DNA of 64,000 nt from an uncultured delta proteobacterium (GTDB lineage: Bacteria; Myxococcota_A; Polyangia; Polyangiales; JAFGIB01). The translations under genes and the position numbers were made by a program. The stretch spans positions 1,312,001 through 1,376,000 of the forward strand of contig CAVZVA010000009.1 in the NCBI GenBank assembly GCA_963778655.1, written 5' to 3'. The notes beneath the pieces are model-generated. The model did no database searches. It was not told where the DNA came from and saw only the letters and a list, made by a program, of their open reading frames with translations. This document shows, in pieces, positions 22,067-31,452 of this stretch; positions within the stretch are counted from its first letter, which is position 1, and each line of letters opens with the position of its first letter.

Positions 22067-22216
22067 GGCAGGGATCTAGCGGTTGCGGTCATGGCGGCCA
22101 AATTCGTGTGATACGGGGACCCACGGGACCACGCTGGGTATTCCCGGTGGGAGCCTGGCGCGCGCTTGCGGGCAAGCGCCACGGGTGCTACACCGCCGCC
22201 TCTGGCGAGGACGGAA

Positions 22217-22408
22217 ATGGCATTTGCTTGCGATTTTTGCGGGAAGAAGCGGCAGAAGGCCCACAAGGTCAGCCACTCCAACATCAAGACGCGCAAGTGG
22301 CAGGAGCCCAACCTCCAGCTGGTGCGCGCGGTGGTTCAGGGTCGCGTGCAGCGCGCGCGGGCCTGCACCCGCTGCATCCGTTCCGGCCGGGTGGTGAAGG
22401 CGGCTTGA
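22217..22408 (+). CDS. rpmB: 50S ribosomal protein L28 (zinc-binding C+ form)
   Basis: MAFACDFCGK, VSHSNIKTRKWQEPNLQ, CTRCIRSG. Confidence 0.95.
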   Translation: MAFACDFCGKKRQKAHKVSHSNIKTRKWQEPNLQLVRAVVQGRVQRARACTRCIRSGRVVKAA

Positions 22409-23433
22409 GCGGCCGCCGGGCCCAGCCGCGGGCGCTGCGCCGCGGGCGCCGGCCCCGGCCTCAGGCCGCGCCGCCACCGGGCTGCGATCAGGACGCGGTC
22501 GTGCTCACTTTCGAGGTGGCGCGCGACCATGCGGGGCTGCGCCTGGACCGCTTCGTGCAGCTGCGTATCCCGCGCCTGTCGCGCACGCGCGCGCAGGCCA
22601 TCGTGCGCGCGTGCGCCTTTCGCAGCGATGGGCAGCGGCGGCGCCCGAGCGAGATCGTCAAGGCCGGCGAGGTGGTGCTGCTGGTGCGCGAGCGCTTCGT
22701 GGAGCCCGAGGTCCCGCTGTGCTTCGAGCTGCTGTGCGACGACGGAGCGGTGCTCGCGCTGGACAAGCCGGCGGGACTGCCGATGCACCCGAGCGCGACC
22801 TATCACAAGCACACCCTCAGCCATCTGCTGCGCGAGCGCTACGGCGGCGGAGCCGGGATGGTGCCTGCGATTGCGCACCGGCTCGATCGGGAGACCAGCG
22901 GGGTCGTGCTGTGCGGGCGCACGCGCGCGGCCGAGCGCGCGCTCAAGCAGGCCTTCGAGGCGCACCAGGTGAGCAAGACCTACCTGGCGATCGTGCGCGG
23001 CGAGATCGAGCGCGAGGCGTTGCGGGTCGAGCTGCCGCTGGCGCCGGCGCGCGAGGGCTTGCACGTGTTGATGCAGGTGCAGCCCGAGGGCGGAGCGCCG
23101 GCGCAGACCGAGCTGCGGGTGCTGGAGCGGCGCCGCGGCCACAGCCTGGTGGAGCTGCGGCCGCGCACCGGGCGCCAGCATCAGCTGCGCGTGCACCTGT
23201 CGGCGCTGGGCCACCCGATTGTCGGCGACAAGCTGTACGGGCCCGAGCGCGAGGCACCCTTTCTCGAGCACATCGAGCGCGGCATGACCCCGGAGCTGCT
23301 GGCCCGGCTCGGCCACCCGCGCCACGCCCTGCACGCGCACAGCGTGACGTTTGCGCACCCGCTGAGCGGCGAGCCGACCACCGTGCGCGCGCCGCTGGCC
23401 GCGGACCTAGTCGCCCTGTGGGAGCGGCTTTGA
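22405..23433 (+). CDS. RluA/RluD-family pseudouridine synthase
   Basis: S4-like RLDRF, DKPAGLPMHP, HRLDRETSG, TGRQHQLRVH, HPIVGDKLYG; TTG start overlapping the rpmB stop is assumed. Confidence 0.92.
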   Translation: MSGRRAQPRALRRGRRPRPQAAPPPGCDQDAVVLTFEVARDHAGLRLDRFVQLRIPRLSRTRAQAIVRACAFRSDGQRRRPSEIVKAGEVVLLVRERFVEPEVPLCFELLCDDGAVLALDKPAGLPMHPSATYHKHTLSHLLRERYGGGAGMVPAIAHRLDRETSGVVLCGRTRAAERALKQAFEAHQVSKTYLAIVRGEIEREALRVELPLAPAREGLHVLMQVQPEGGAPAQTELRVLERRRGHSLVELRPRTGRQHQLRVHLSALGHPIVGDKLYGPEREAPFLEHIERGMTPELLARLGHPRHALHAHSVTFAHPLSGEPTTVRAPLAADLVALWERL

Positions 23434-23485
23434 CCCCCGCTGCACGCCGTGGCATAGGCAAGCTTCGCTTGCGAAGGGATCGCGC

Positions 23486-24055
23486 ATGCTGACCCGCTCG
23501 ACCTTGCTGCTGATCGTGCTGTCGTGCGCGGCGTGTGGCGCCCAGGGCGTGCAGGGTCCGCAGCCGAAGTCCGAGTTCAGCGTGCAGGACGCGGTGCTGT
23601 TCGAGGACGGAGTGGATCTGATCGAGGATCCCAATCAGCTCGAAGGCCAGTGGCGCACCGACTGGGACCGCCAGCTCGACCAGCGTATCGCGCAGAGCGA
23701 TCTGATCGCGCTCGGGACCGTGACCACGCTGCGGGCCGACGTGGACCTGGAACAGCGCACCAGCTATCAAGTCGTGGTCGCGGTCGAGCGCACGCTCGAG
23801 GGCAAGGCCAGCGGCGGTGACCTCAACCTGGTGACACGCCAGGGCTCGGGCGGCTATGCCGGAATAGATTCGCACAGCGCCCAGTTGCTCAATCGCAAGG
23901 TCGTGGCCTTCGTGAAGTACGCGAGCGGTCCCGACAACGTGGTGATCGCGCACTTTCACCTGAGCGTGTCGTCGCAGCCGGTGCTGGACCGCGTCAACGC
24001 GTTCGAGGCCCGCAAGCGACCCAACCAGGTGAAGATCATCGAGCACCAGCAGTGA
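23486..24055 (+). CDS. Hypothetical lipoprotein
   Basis: Signal peptide with CAAC lipobox; coding-like codon bias. Confidence 0.78.
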   Translation: MLTRSTLLLIVLSCAACGAQGVQGPQPKSEFSVQDAVLFEDGVDLIEDPNQLEGQWRTDWDRQLDQRIAQSDLIALGTVTTLRADVDLEQRTSYQVVVAVERTLEGKASGGDLNLVTRQGSGGYAGIDSHSAQLLNRKVVAFVKYASGPDNVVIAHFHLSVSSQPVLDRVNAFEARKRPNQVKIIEHQQ

Positions 24056-24194
24056 CGCGCGGTGGCCCGAGCCCGAGCTAAGGTCCGGTGGCGTGCGGAA
24101 TCGCCCCGCGCGCGGCCGCGGGGGGCAGCCGCGGCTTCGCGAGGCTTTCGCCCGCGGCCCGCCTGCGGTAGGGATCGGCTCTGGAGGTTTTGAC

Positions 24195-24725
24195 ATGCCA
24201 CGAGCCACGCTCGCGATCTCGCTGCTCCTGTCCGCCGCCGCCTGCGGCGGCAACGGCAACGCCGCGCCCCCGAGCGCCCCGGTCACAGCGCCGGCCGCGC
24301 CAGCGGCCGAGCCAGCCAAGCCGGCCGCGGCTGCACCGGCCGCGGCCGCACCGGCCGCGCCTCCGAGCGATCACGTCGACGATCCCAGCTTCGAGCTGGC
24401 GGCCGTGCCCGCCGGGCCGTATGCGGTTGGCAAGCTGGGAAGCTTCGCCGTCTCACTCAAGCCGCGCGGCGTTTACCACGTCAACCAGGAGTACCCGGTC
24501 AGCATCTCGCTCAAGGGCGACGACGGGCTGAGCTTTCCCAAGGCGGAGTTGGCCAAGTCCGACGCGACCAAGTTCGACCTCAAGCTCGCGCGCTTCGAGG
24601 TGCCCTTCACACCCGCAAAGGCCGGCGACCACAAGGTCGAAGCCCACGTGCGCTTCGCGGTGTGCACGGACGAGAATTGCGTGCCCGATGAGCGCACGCT
24701 CGCGCTCGTGCTGGCGGTGAAGTAG
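24195..24725 (+). CDS. Hypothetical lipoprotein with a DsbD-N-like domain
   Basis: GGAGG RBS, AAAC lipobox, Pro/Ala linker, YHVNQEYP, FAVCTDENCVP. Confidence 0.8.
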   Translation: MPRATLAISLLLSAAACGGNGNAAPPSAPVTAPAAPAAEPAKPAAAAPAAAAPAAPPSDHVDDPSFELAAVPAGPYAVGKLGSFAVSLKPRGVYHVNQEYPVSISLKGDDGLSFPKAELAKSDATKFDLKLARFEVPFTPAKAGDHKVEAHVRFAVCTDENCVPDERTLALVLAVK

Positions 24726-24864
24726 CATTAGCCCCATCCATGGGCGGTATCTGGTCACCGGGGAAGGCACGCGCCGTTCCCGTCCTGCGCGCGATGCCGA
24801 CGGGCTCGCTGCGCTCACGAGGGGGGTCGCTGCCAGGGGTCCGCTGACCCCGTGAACGGTTCCG

Positions 24865-27099
24865 ATGGGCTCGGGTCAAAGCTCGCGCAATACGCTCGAC
24901 CAGCTCGCCGCCTCGGTCAGGGAGCGCTTCCTGGCCGAGAAGCGGGTGCTCTCGTTCGAGGAGTACACCGCCGAGCTGCTGGCCCATCCCTGGCGCCACA
25001 GCCGTGATGCGGGGCGCTACCTGCGCGATTGCTTCGATCACTACGGCCACTACGAGGTGGCGCGGCCCTGGGGTCCGGTGCGGCGCTTTCGGCTGTTCGA
25101 CCAGGAGCTCGCCGACGGCAAGGACGCGCAATCGCGGAGGCGGCTGGTCGGCCACGAGGAGCTGCAGAACGGTTTCTACCGCGCGCTTGGCAACTTCGTG
25201 CGCGAGGGCCGAGCCAACCGGCTGGTGCTGCTGCACGGGCCCAACGGCAGCGCCAAGAGCACCTTCGCCGAGTGCCTGATGACCGCGCTCGAGCACTACT
25301 CGACGCGGGACGACGGCGCGCTCTACCGCTTCTCCTGGGTGTTTTCGCGCAGCGTGGAGGAGCGTACGATCGGCTTCGGCGCCGGCGGACGCGGCGGGCC
25401 GCCGCTCGAGTCGTACGCCCACGTCGAGCACGAAAAGATCTCCGCTAAGCTCGGCAGCGAGCTGCGCGAGCATCCGTTGCTGCTGTTGCCGCTGGAGGAG
25501 CGCCGCAGTCTGCTGCGCCGGGCCTACGCGCAGGCTGGGATCGAGGAGGCGCCGCCCGACTGGCTGTGGAACGGCGAGCTCGGCCGCAAGAACGCGGCCG
25601 TGTTCGAGGCGCTGCTCTCGAGCTACGGCGGCGACCTTACGCGCGTGCTCGCGCACGTGCAGGTGGAACGCTTCTACGTGTCGCGGCGCTACCGCACCGG
25701 CGCGGTCACGATCGGACCGCAGATGTCGGTCGACGCGGCCGAGCGCCAGATCACCGCCGATCGCACTCTGGCCGAGCTGCCGGCATCCTTGAGCTCGGTC
25801 GCGCTGTACGAGACCCAGGGCGAGCTGGTCGACGGGCAGTGCGGGATCATCGAGTACAGCGATCTGCTCAAGCGCCCGCTCGACGCCTGGAAGTACCTGC
25901 TGCTGGCGATCGAGGAAGGCGAGGTGGCGCTGACGATGTCGATGCTCACGGTCAACTCCGTGCTCATCGCCAGCACCAACGAGATCCACCTCGAGGCCTT
26001 TCGCCAGCATCCGGAGTACAACTCGTTCCGCGCGCGCCTGCTGCCGCTGCGCGCGGGCTATCTGCTCGACTACCGGCGCGAGCAGGAGATCTACGATGCG
26101 CAGATCGTCACCCAGCTGCGCCAGCACGTCTCGCCCCACGCCACCCACGTGGCCGCCCTGTGGGCGGTGCTGACGCGCCTGTTGCCGTCCAAGAGCGATC
26201 ACTATGACGATCCGGCGCTGGGCAAGGTGGCGGCGGACCTGTCGCCGATCGAGAAGGCGCGGCTCTACGCCGAAGGGCTGATCCCGCGCCGCTTCAGCAC
26301 CGATCAGAGCAAGGTGCTGCGCGCCGGGCTGGCCGAGATCGCGCGCGAGTTCGAGACCCTGCCGGTGTACGAGGGGCTGACCGGCGCCTCGGCGCGCGAG
26401 ATTCGCACCGTGCTGCTCGACGCCAGCCAGCACCCGCTGCACGCCTGTCTGTCCCCGCTGGCGGTGCTCGAAAACCTGGACGTGCTGTGCGATCGCGGCG
26501 ACTACGAGTTCCTGCAGCGCAAGCCGGAGTCCGGCTACCACGACGCGCGCGGCTTCCTCAAGCAGGTGCGCAGCGCCTGGCTCGACCTGCTCGACAGCGA
26601 GGTGCGCATCGCCACGGGCCTGGTCGAAGAGTCGCGCTACGAGCAGCTCTTCGATCGCTACATCAACCACGTCTCGCTCTGGCTCAAGGGCGAGCGCTAT
26701 CGCGATCCGGTCACCGGCGAGCAGCTGGACCCCGATCAGGCGCTGCTCAAGCGCATCGAGGCGATCCTCGAGGTCAAGAACGCCGACGAGTTTCGCCGCA
26801 ACCTGATCAGTATGGTCGCGGCCCAGGCGATCGATCACCCCGACGAGCCGATCGACCACGCGCGCATCTTTCCCCGCTACCTGGCGCAGGTGAAGGAAGC
26901 CTACTTCGTGGAGCACCGCGGGCAGATCGGGGCGATCCTCGACGACGTGCTGGCGCTGCTTTCCGAGGGCGAGCAGCGGCTCGAGCCGGAGGCGCGGCGG
27001 CGCGCGCAGGAGAGCTTTGAGCGCCTCAAAGCCGTGGGTTACTGCGAGAAGTGCGCGCCGGCTGCGCTGGGGGAGCTGCGCCGGGAGCGCTACGCGTGA
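24865..27099 (+). CDS. prkA: PrkA/YeaG-family AAA+ serine protein kinase
   Basis: LLHGPNGSAKST, EHPLLLLP, GIIEYSDLLKRP, GASAREIR. Confidence 0.88.
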   Translation: MGSGQSSRNTLDQLAASVRERFLAEKRVLSFEEYTAELLAHPWRHSRDAGRYLRDCFDHYGHYEVARPWGPVRRFRLFDQELADGKDAQSRRRLVGHEELQNGFYRALGNFVREGRANRLVLLHGPNGSAKSTFAECLMTALEHYSTRDDGALYRFSWVFSRSVEERTIGFGAGGRGGPPLESYAHVEHEKISAKLGSELREHPLLLLPLEERRSLLRRAYAQAGIEEAPPDWLWNGELGRKNAAVFEALLSSYGGDLTRVLAHVQVERFYVSRRYRTGAVTIGPQMSVDAAERQITADRTLAELPASLSSVALYETQGELVDGQCGIIEYSDLLKRPLDAWKYLLLAIEEGEVALTMSMLTVNSVLIASTNEIHLEAFRQHPEYNSFRARLLPLRAGYLLDYRREQEIYDAQIVTQLRQHVSPHATHVAALWAVLTRLLPSKSDHYDDPALGKVAADLSPIEKARLYAEGLIPRRFSTDQSKVLRAGLAEIAREFETLPVYEGLTGASAREIRTVLLDASQHPLHACLSPLAVLENLDVLCDRGDYEFLQRKPESGYHDARGFLKQVRSAWLDLLDSEVRIATGLVEESRYEQLFDRYINHVSLWLKGERYRDPVTGEQLDPDQALLKRIEAILEVKNADEFRRNLISMVAAQAIDHPDEPIDHARIFPRYLAQVKEAYFVEHRGQIGAILDDVLALLSEGEQRLEPEARRRAQESFERLKAVGYCEKCAPAALGELRRERYA

Positions 27100-28613
27100 T
27101 CCCGCTGCTCTCGCGACAGGCGGTGCGCGCGCTCGACCGGGACGCGGTGGAGCGGCTCGGCCTGCCCAGCCTGCTGCTGATGGAGAACGCCGGTCGCGGC
27201 GCGTTCGAGGCGATCATGGCCGAGCTGCCGCAGGCGCTGGCGCGGGTGGTGATCGTCGGCGGCACCGGCCAGAACGGCGGCGACGGCTGGGTGTTGGCGC
27301 GCCACCTGATCAATGCCGGCATCGGGCCGCGGGTGATCCTGCTCGGCGCTGCGGCGCGTGTCAGCGGCGACGCGGCGGTCAACCTGCGCGCGCTGCAGCG
27401 CATGGGCGTGGACGTGGCGCAGATCGAGGGCGAGGACTTGCGGGCTCTGGTCGCGGCGCTCGCCGAGGCCACGCTGGTGGTCGACGCGCTGTTCGGCACC
27501 GGGCTCGATCGCGAGCTGACCGGTCGCCACGCGGCCGTGGTCGAGCTGATCGACGCCTGCGCGGCCAAGGTGGTGGCGCTCGATCTGCCGAGCGGCGTGG
27601 ACGCCGACAGCGGCGCGGTGCTGGGCGCGGCGGTGCGCGCGGACCTGAGCGTGACCTTCGCCGCGCACAAGCGCGGGCTACACCAGCATCCGGGCGCGGC
27701 GCTGGCAGGCAAGCTGTGGCTGGCCTCGATCGGCGTGCCGCCGCCGTGCGACGCCGAGGTGGGATTGATCGAGCGAAGCGACGTGGCCGCCTGGGTCGAG
27801 CCGCGCGCGCTCGACGCGCACAAGGGCTCGGCCGGCAAGCTGCTGGTGATCGCGGGTGCGCCGGGGCGTACCGGCGCGGCGCTGCTGTGCGGGCTGGGCG
27901 GGTTACGCGGGGGCGCGGGCCTGGTCACGCTGGCGGCGCGCGGCGAGGCGCGCGCGGCGCTCGATTCCAAGGTGGTCGAGCTGATGACCGAGAGCCTGCC
28001 GCAGGACGCACAGGCCGCGTTCGAGCGCGCGCGCGCGCTGAGCGAAGACAAGCAGGCCGCGGTGATCGGGCCGGGGCTGGGGCTCGACGAGGCTGGGCGC
28101 ACGCTGAGCCGCAGGCTTGCGCTGGAGCTGGCGCTGCCGGCGGTGCTGGACGCGGACGCGCTCAGCGCGCTCGGCACCGATTGCGGGCTGCTGCGCGACG
28201 CGGCCGCGCCGCGCGTATTGACCCCGCACCCGGGCGAGGCCGCACGCTTGCTCGGTAGCAGCGGCGAGGCGGTGCAGGGGGACCGCTATCGGGCGGCGCG
28301 CGCGCTGGCGGAGCGCTGCGGCTGCGTGGTCGCGCTCAAGGGCGCGCGCACGATCGTGGCCGAGCCGTCGGGCCGCATGCGCGTGTGTCCCACCGGCACG
28401 CCGGCGATGGCGGTCGCGGGGACCGGAGACGTGCTGGGCGGCGCGATCGGCGCGCTGCTCGCGGTTGCCGAGCCGTTCGACGCGGCCGCGGCCGGGGTCT
28501 ACCTGCACGGACTGGCGGGCGAGTTGGTGGCCCAGGGCGACCGCGGGCTGCTCGCCTCCGAGCTGGCGGCCGCGCTGCCGCGCGCGCTCGCGGCCTGCCG
28601 AGCGGGCGGATGA
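27096..28613 (+). CDS. nnr: Bifunctional NAD(P)H-hydrate epimerase/dehydratase
   Basis: LMENAG, GQNGGDG, DALFGTG, DLPSG, HKG, GPGLG, DADAL, LTPHPGE, AGTGDVLGG; GTGA overlap with prkA. Confidence 0.95.
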   Translation: MIPLLSRQAVRALDRDAVERLGLPSLLLMENAGRGAFEAIMAELPQALARVVIVGGTGQNGGDGWVLARHLINAGIGPRVILLGAAARVSGDAAVNLRALQRMGVDVAQIEGEDLRALVAALAEATLVVDALFGTGLDRELTGRHAAVVELIDACAAKVVALDLPSGVDADSGAVLGAAVRADLSVTFAAHKRGLHQHPGAALAGKLWLASIGVPPPCDAEVGLIERSDVAAWVEPRALDAHKGSAGKLLVIAGAPGRTGAALLCGLGGLRGGAGLVTLAARGEARAALDSKVVELMTESLPQDAQAAFERARALSEDKQAAVIGPGLGLDEAGRTLSRRLALELALPAVLDADALSALGTDCGLLRDAAAPRVLTPHPGEAARLLGSSGEAVQGDRYRAARALAERCGCVVALKGARTIVAEPSGRMRVCPTGTPAMAVAGTGDVLGGAIGALLAVAEPFDAAAAGVYLHGLAGELVAQGDRGLLASELAAALPRALAACRAGG

Positions 28614-28718
28614 TCGCGCCTGACACGCTGTCGCGGCCCTGACCCACGGCGAGACAAATTGGCAGGCGCGCGCAGGCGGTTTGCCGCGGAAAACCGCGCC
28701 CGTCGGCGGCTTCGCGCT

Positions 28719-28734
28719 TGGCCCGGCGATTGCA
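28719..28734 (+). promoter_or_regulatory. Sigma-54 -24/-12 promoter upstream of the ECF sigma factor
   Basis: TGGCCCGGCGATTGCA, GG-N10-GC, one mismatch to TGGCAC-N5-TTGCA. Confidence 0.7.
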
Positions 28735-28747
28735 AGCTACGGCCTGC

Positions 28748-29317
28748 ATGCACGCGCAAGCTCAACGGCAGACCGTGGACGCGCCCGCGCTGCGCTTCGA
28801 GCGCGGTGTGCTGCCGCTGCGTGAGGGTTTGCGCGCGGCGGCGTTGCGGCTCACGCGCGACCCCGACGAGGCCGACGACTTGCTGCAGGAGACGCTGCTG
28901 CGCGCGTGGCGCTTCTTTGCGCGCTACGAACCGAACAGCAACCTGCGCGCGTGGCTGCACCGCATCCTGCGCAACACTTTCATCAACCGCTACAGGCGCG
29001 TGCGGCGCGAGCGCGAGGTGATGGCGCAGGTGCGGGTCGCGGCCGAGGTCGACGCGCCTGCGCAGCCGGAGCTTCCCCCGCTGCCGGAGCAGCAGGCCTC
29101 GCTGAGCGAGCCGCTGGCGCGCGAGCTCGCCGCGCTGCCGCCGGAGTTTCGCGCCGTGGTTTGGGCGGTGGCGGTGGACGAGCTCAGCTATCGCGAGACC
29201 GCACAGACGCTGGGCTGCCCGATCGGCACGGTGATGTCGCGCCTGCACCGCGGCCGGCATGCATTGCAGCGCGCGCTCGATCCGGAAGCGCAGGCGCTCG
29301 GCCATCGCGCGGCGTGA
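28748..29317 (+). CDS. ECF-family RNA polymerase sigma factor
   Basis: ADDLLQETLLRAW, NLRAWLHRILRNTFIN, LSYRETAQTLGCPIGTVMSRLHRGR; start is 28748 or 28775. Confidence 0.93.
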   Translation: MHAQAQRQTVDAPALRFERGVLPLREGLRAAALRLTRDPDEADDLLQETLLRAWRFFARYEPNSNLRAWLHRILRNTFINRYRRVRREREVMAQVRVAAEVDAPAQPELPPLPEQQASLSEPLARELAALPPEFRAVVWAVAVDELSYRETAQTLGCPIGTVMSRLHRGRHALQRALDPEAQALGHRAA

Positions 29318-29369
29318 AGCGGGCGGGTCGAGGACGACTTTGGGGCTGCGGCTGCGGGCGGGGGGGAGC

Positions 29370-29398
29370 TTGACGAGGCCGTTGGGCGCCACCATATT
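29370..29398 (+). promoter_or_regulatory. Sigma-70-like promoter for moeB
   Basis: TTGACG-17 nt-CATATT; AAGGAGG RBS before ATG 29464. Confidence 0.6.
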
Positions 29399-29463
29399 GC
29401 GGCCCCAGTCGTTGCGCCGGAGCGTTGTGGGGCGCAGCTTGAATCCAAGGAGGGCGGGTCGTC

Positions 29464-30627
29464 ATGGCCAGGACCTACGCCGAGCTACTTCAGGACGTGC
29501 GATCGAAGATCCGCCTGGTGTCGCTCGACGAGTGCAAGCGCCGCTTCGACGCGCGCGGGGACTACGTCTTCGTGGACGTACGCGAGAAGGACGAGACGCG
29601 GCAGGGCTACATCCCGGGCGCGGTGCTGATTCCGCGCGCGCACCTGGAGCAGCAGTTCGAGCAGAAGCTGCCCGACCGCCAGGCCAACATCATCCTGTAC
29701 TGCGCCAGCGGCATCCGCTCGGCATTCGCCGCCAAGCTGCTCGCGGACGTTGGCTACAGCCAGGTCGAATCGGCCAACCCCGGCTTCGTGCGCTGGAAGG
29801 ACATGGGCTACCCGGTCGAGGCGCCCGCGCAGCTCACGCCGGCGCAGCTCGATCGCTACTCGCGTCACATCCTGCTGCCGGAGATCGGCGAGAAGGGTCA
29901 GGAGAAGCTGCTCAACGCGCGCGTGCTGCTGCTCGGCGCGGGCGGGTTGGGCTCGCCGGCGGCGTTGTATCTGGCGGCTGCGGGCGTCGGCACGCTCGGC
30001 CTGATCGACGCCGACACCGTGGACGCGTCGAACCTGCAGCGGCAGATCCTGCACGGCACCTCGACACTGGGCGTGCCCAAGGTCGAGAGCGCCGCCAACC
30101 GGTTGCAGGACCTCAACCCCGACGTGAAGGTGATCCCGTTCCAGGAGCGCTTGACCAGCGCGAACATCGACCGCGTGTTCGATCAGGGCTGGGACGTGGT
30201 GGTCGACGGCCTGGACAACTTCCCCACGCGCTACCTGGTCAACGACGCCTCGGTCTGGAAGAACATTCCGGTCGTGCACGGCTCGATCTTCCGCTTCGAC
30301 GGGCAGGTCACGACCTTCGTCCCGCACAAGGGGCCGTGCTACCGCTGCCTGTATCCGGAGCCGCCGCCGGCGCACCTGGCGCCTTCGTGCGCGGAAGCCG
30401 GCGTGCTCGGCGTGCTGCCCGGCATCATCGGCACGATTCAGGCGACCGAGGCGGTCAAGCTCGTGCTGGGCAAGGGCGAGCCGCTGGTCGGCCGGCTGCT
30501 GATGTACGATTCGCTGCAGATGCAGTTCCGGCAGCTGCGGCTGCGGCGGGATCCCAACTGCCCGGTGTGCGGCGAGAAGCCGACCATCACCGAGTACATC
30601 GACTACGAAGGCTTCTGCGCGCGCTGA
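29464..30627 (+). CDS. moeB: Rhodanese-MoeB/ThiF fusion (sulfur-carrier adenylyltransferase/sulfurtransferase)
   Basis: N-terminal rhodanese (DVRE, IPGA, CASGIR); RYSRH, GAGGLG, SNLQRQ, CYRC, CAEAGVLG, CPVC. Confidence 0.93.
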   Translation: MARTYAELLQDVRSKIRLVSLDECKRRFDARGDYVFVDVREKDETRQGYIPGAVLIPRAHLEQQFEQKLPDRQANIILYCASGIRSAFAAKLLADVGYSQVESANPGFVRWKDMGYPVEAPAQLTPAQLDRYSRHILLPEIGEKGQEKLLNARVLLLGAGGLGSPAALYLAAAGVGTLGLIDADTVDASNLQRQILHGTSTLGVPKVESAANRLQDLNPDVKVIPFQERLTSANIDRVFDQGWDVVVDGLDNFPTRYLVNDASVWKNIPVVHGSIFRFDGQVTTFVPHKGPCYRCLYPEPPPAHLAPSCAEAGVLGVLPGIIGTIQATEAVKLVLGKGEPLVGRLLMYDSLQMQFRQLRLRRDPNCPVCGEKPTITEYIDYEGFCAR

Positions 30628-30651
30628 GTCAGGCGGCGACGGTGCGGCCGG

Positions 30652-31335
30652 TCAGAAGCGGCCCATCAGCGCCGGTCCCAGCGCAACCCCCGATGCGGAC
30701 GGCAGCACGGCCAGGCTGAGCAGCACGCGGGGCGCCGCCTGCGAGCGCGGCGCGCCGCTGCCGGCAGGCCGAGGTGCGCTCGCCGGCGAGGGCAAGGACG
30801 GCGGGAGCGGTTGCGGTTGCGCCTCGCGCTCGCGCCGGCTCTGGGCGTTGATGCCCTCGACCACGCCGAACAGCGCGCCGACGCCGGCACCGGCGACCGT
30901 GCCGATCGCACCGCCCATCAAGACGTCCCTCGGGCGCCCCCCACCGGCCCAGAACAGTGCGCCGACCGCCGTGCCGGTGAGCACGCCGAGCAACGAGCCA
31001 TAGCCCGTGTCGCGCAGCGCCAGCCAACCGATACCGGGCGTGGGCTTGCCGTTGTCGACCACCGCCAGCGCGACGCCACCTCCCACGCCGACCAGGGCGC
31101 CGACGCCGGCGCCGACCACCAGCTTGCGCCACTCGTGCGACTGCCATGAGGGGCCGGTGGTCACGTAGCCCGCAGCCAGACCCACGAAGGCTCCCGTCCA
31201 CAGGCCCTTGAGCCCGTAGGCAAGCAACGTGGGCGCATCCCCGTCGGACGCGGGCTGCGCGCTCTGTGCCCGGCACAGCACTGGCGCCGAAAGGGTGCTG
31301 CACAGGACCAGCGTACACAGGATCTTGCGGCTCAT
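30652..31335 (-). CDS. Hypothetical exported protein with glycine-zipper helices
   Basis: Signal peptide, repeated GxxxG hydrophobic helices, Pro-rich linker, terminal Phe. Confidence 0.75.
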   Translation of the reverse strand: MSRKILCTLVLCSTLSAPVLCRAQSAQPASDGDAPTLLAYGLKGLWTGAFVGLAAGYVTTGPSWQSHEWRKLVVGAGVGALVGVGGGVALAVVDNGKPTPGIGWLALRDTGYGSLLGVLTGTAVGALFWAGGGRPRDVLMGGAIGTVAGAGVGALFGVVEGINAQSRREREAQPQPLPPSLPSPASAPRPAGSGAPRSQAAPRVLLSLAVLPSASGVALGPALMGRF

Positions 31336-31452
31336 GCGGTCACCTCGACAAGACGCTTCTGCGCGCGGGCGGCGGACGCGCCGGCGCCGCCGCTGCTCGT
31401 TCGGAGATGTACCCGCTGCGGGTCCATTCCAGGCTGGACGCGTCGCGTGGCC

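Noticed and set aside
29464..30627. MoeB/ThiF gene as an E1-like defence or RiPP enzyme
   Set aside because: Ordinary rhodanese-MoeB fusion with no E2, JAB, ubiquitin-like or precursor-peptide neighbours.
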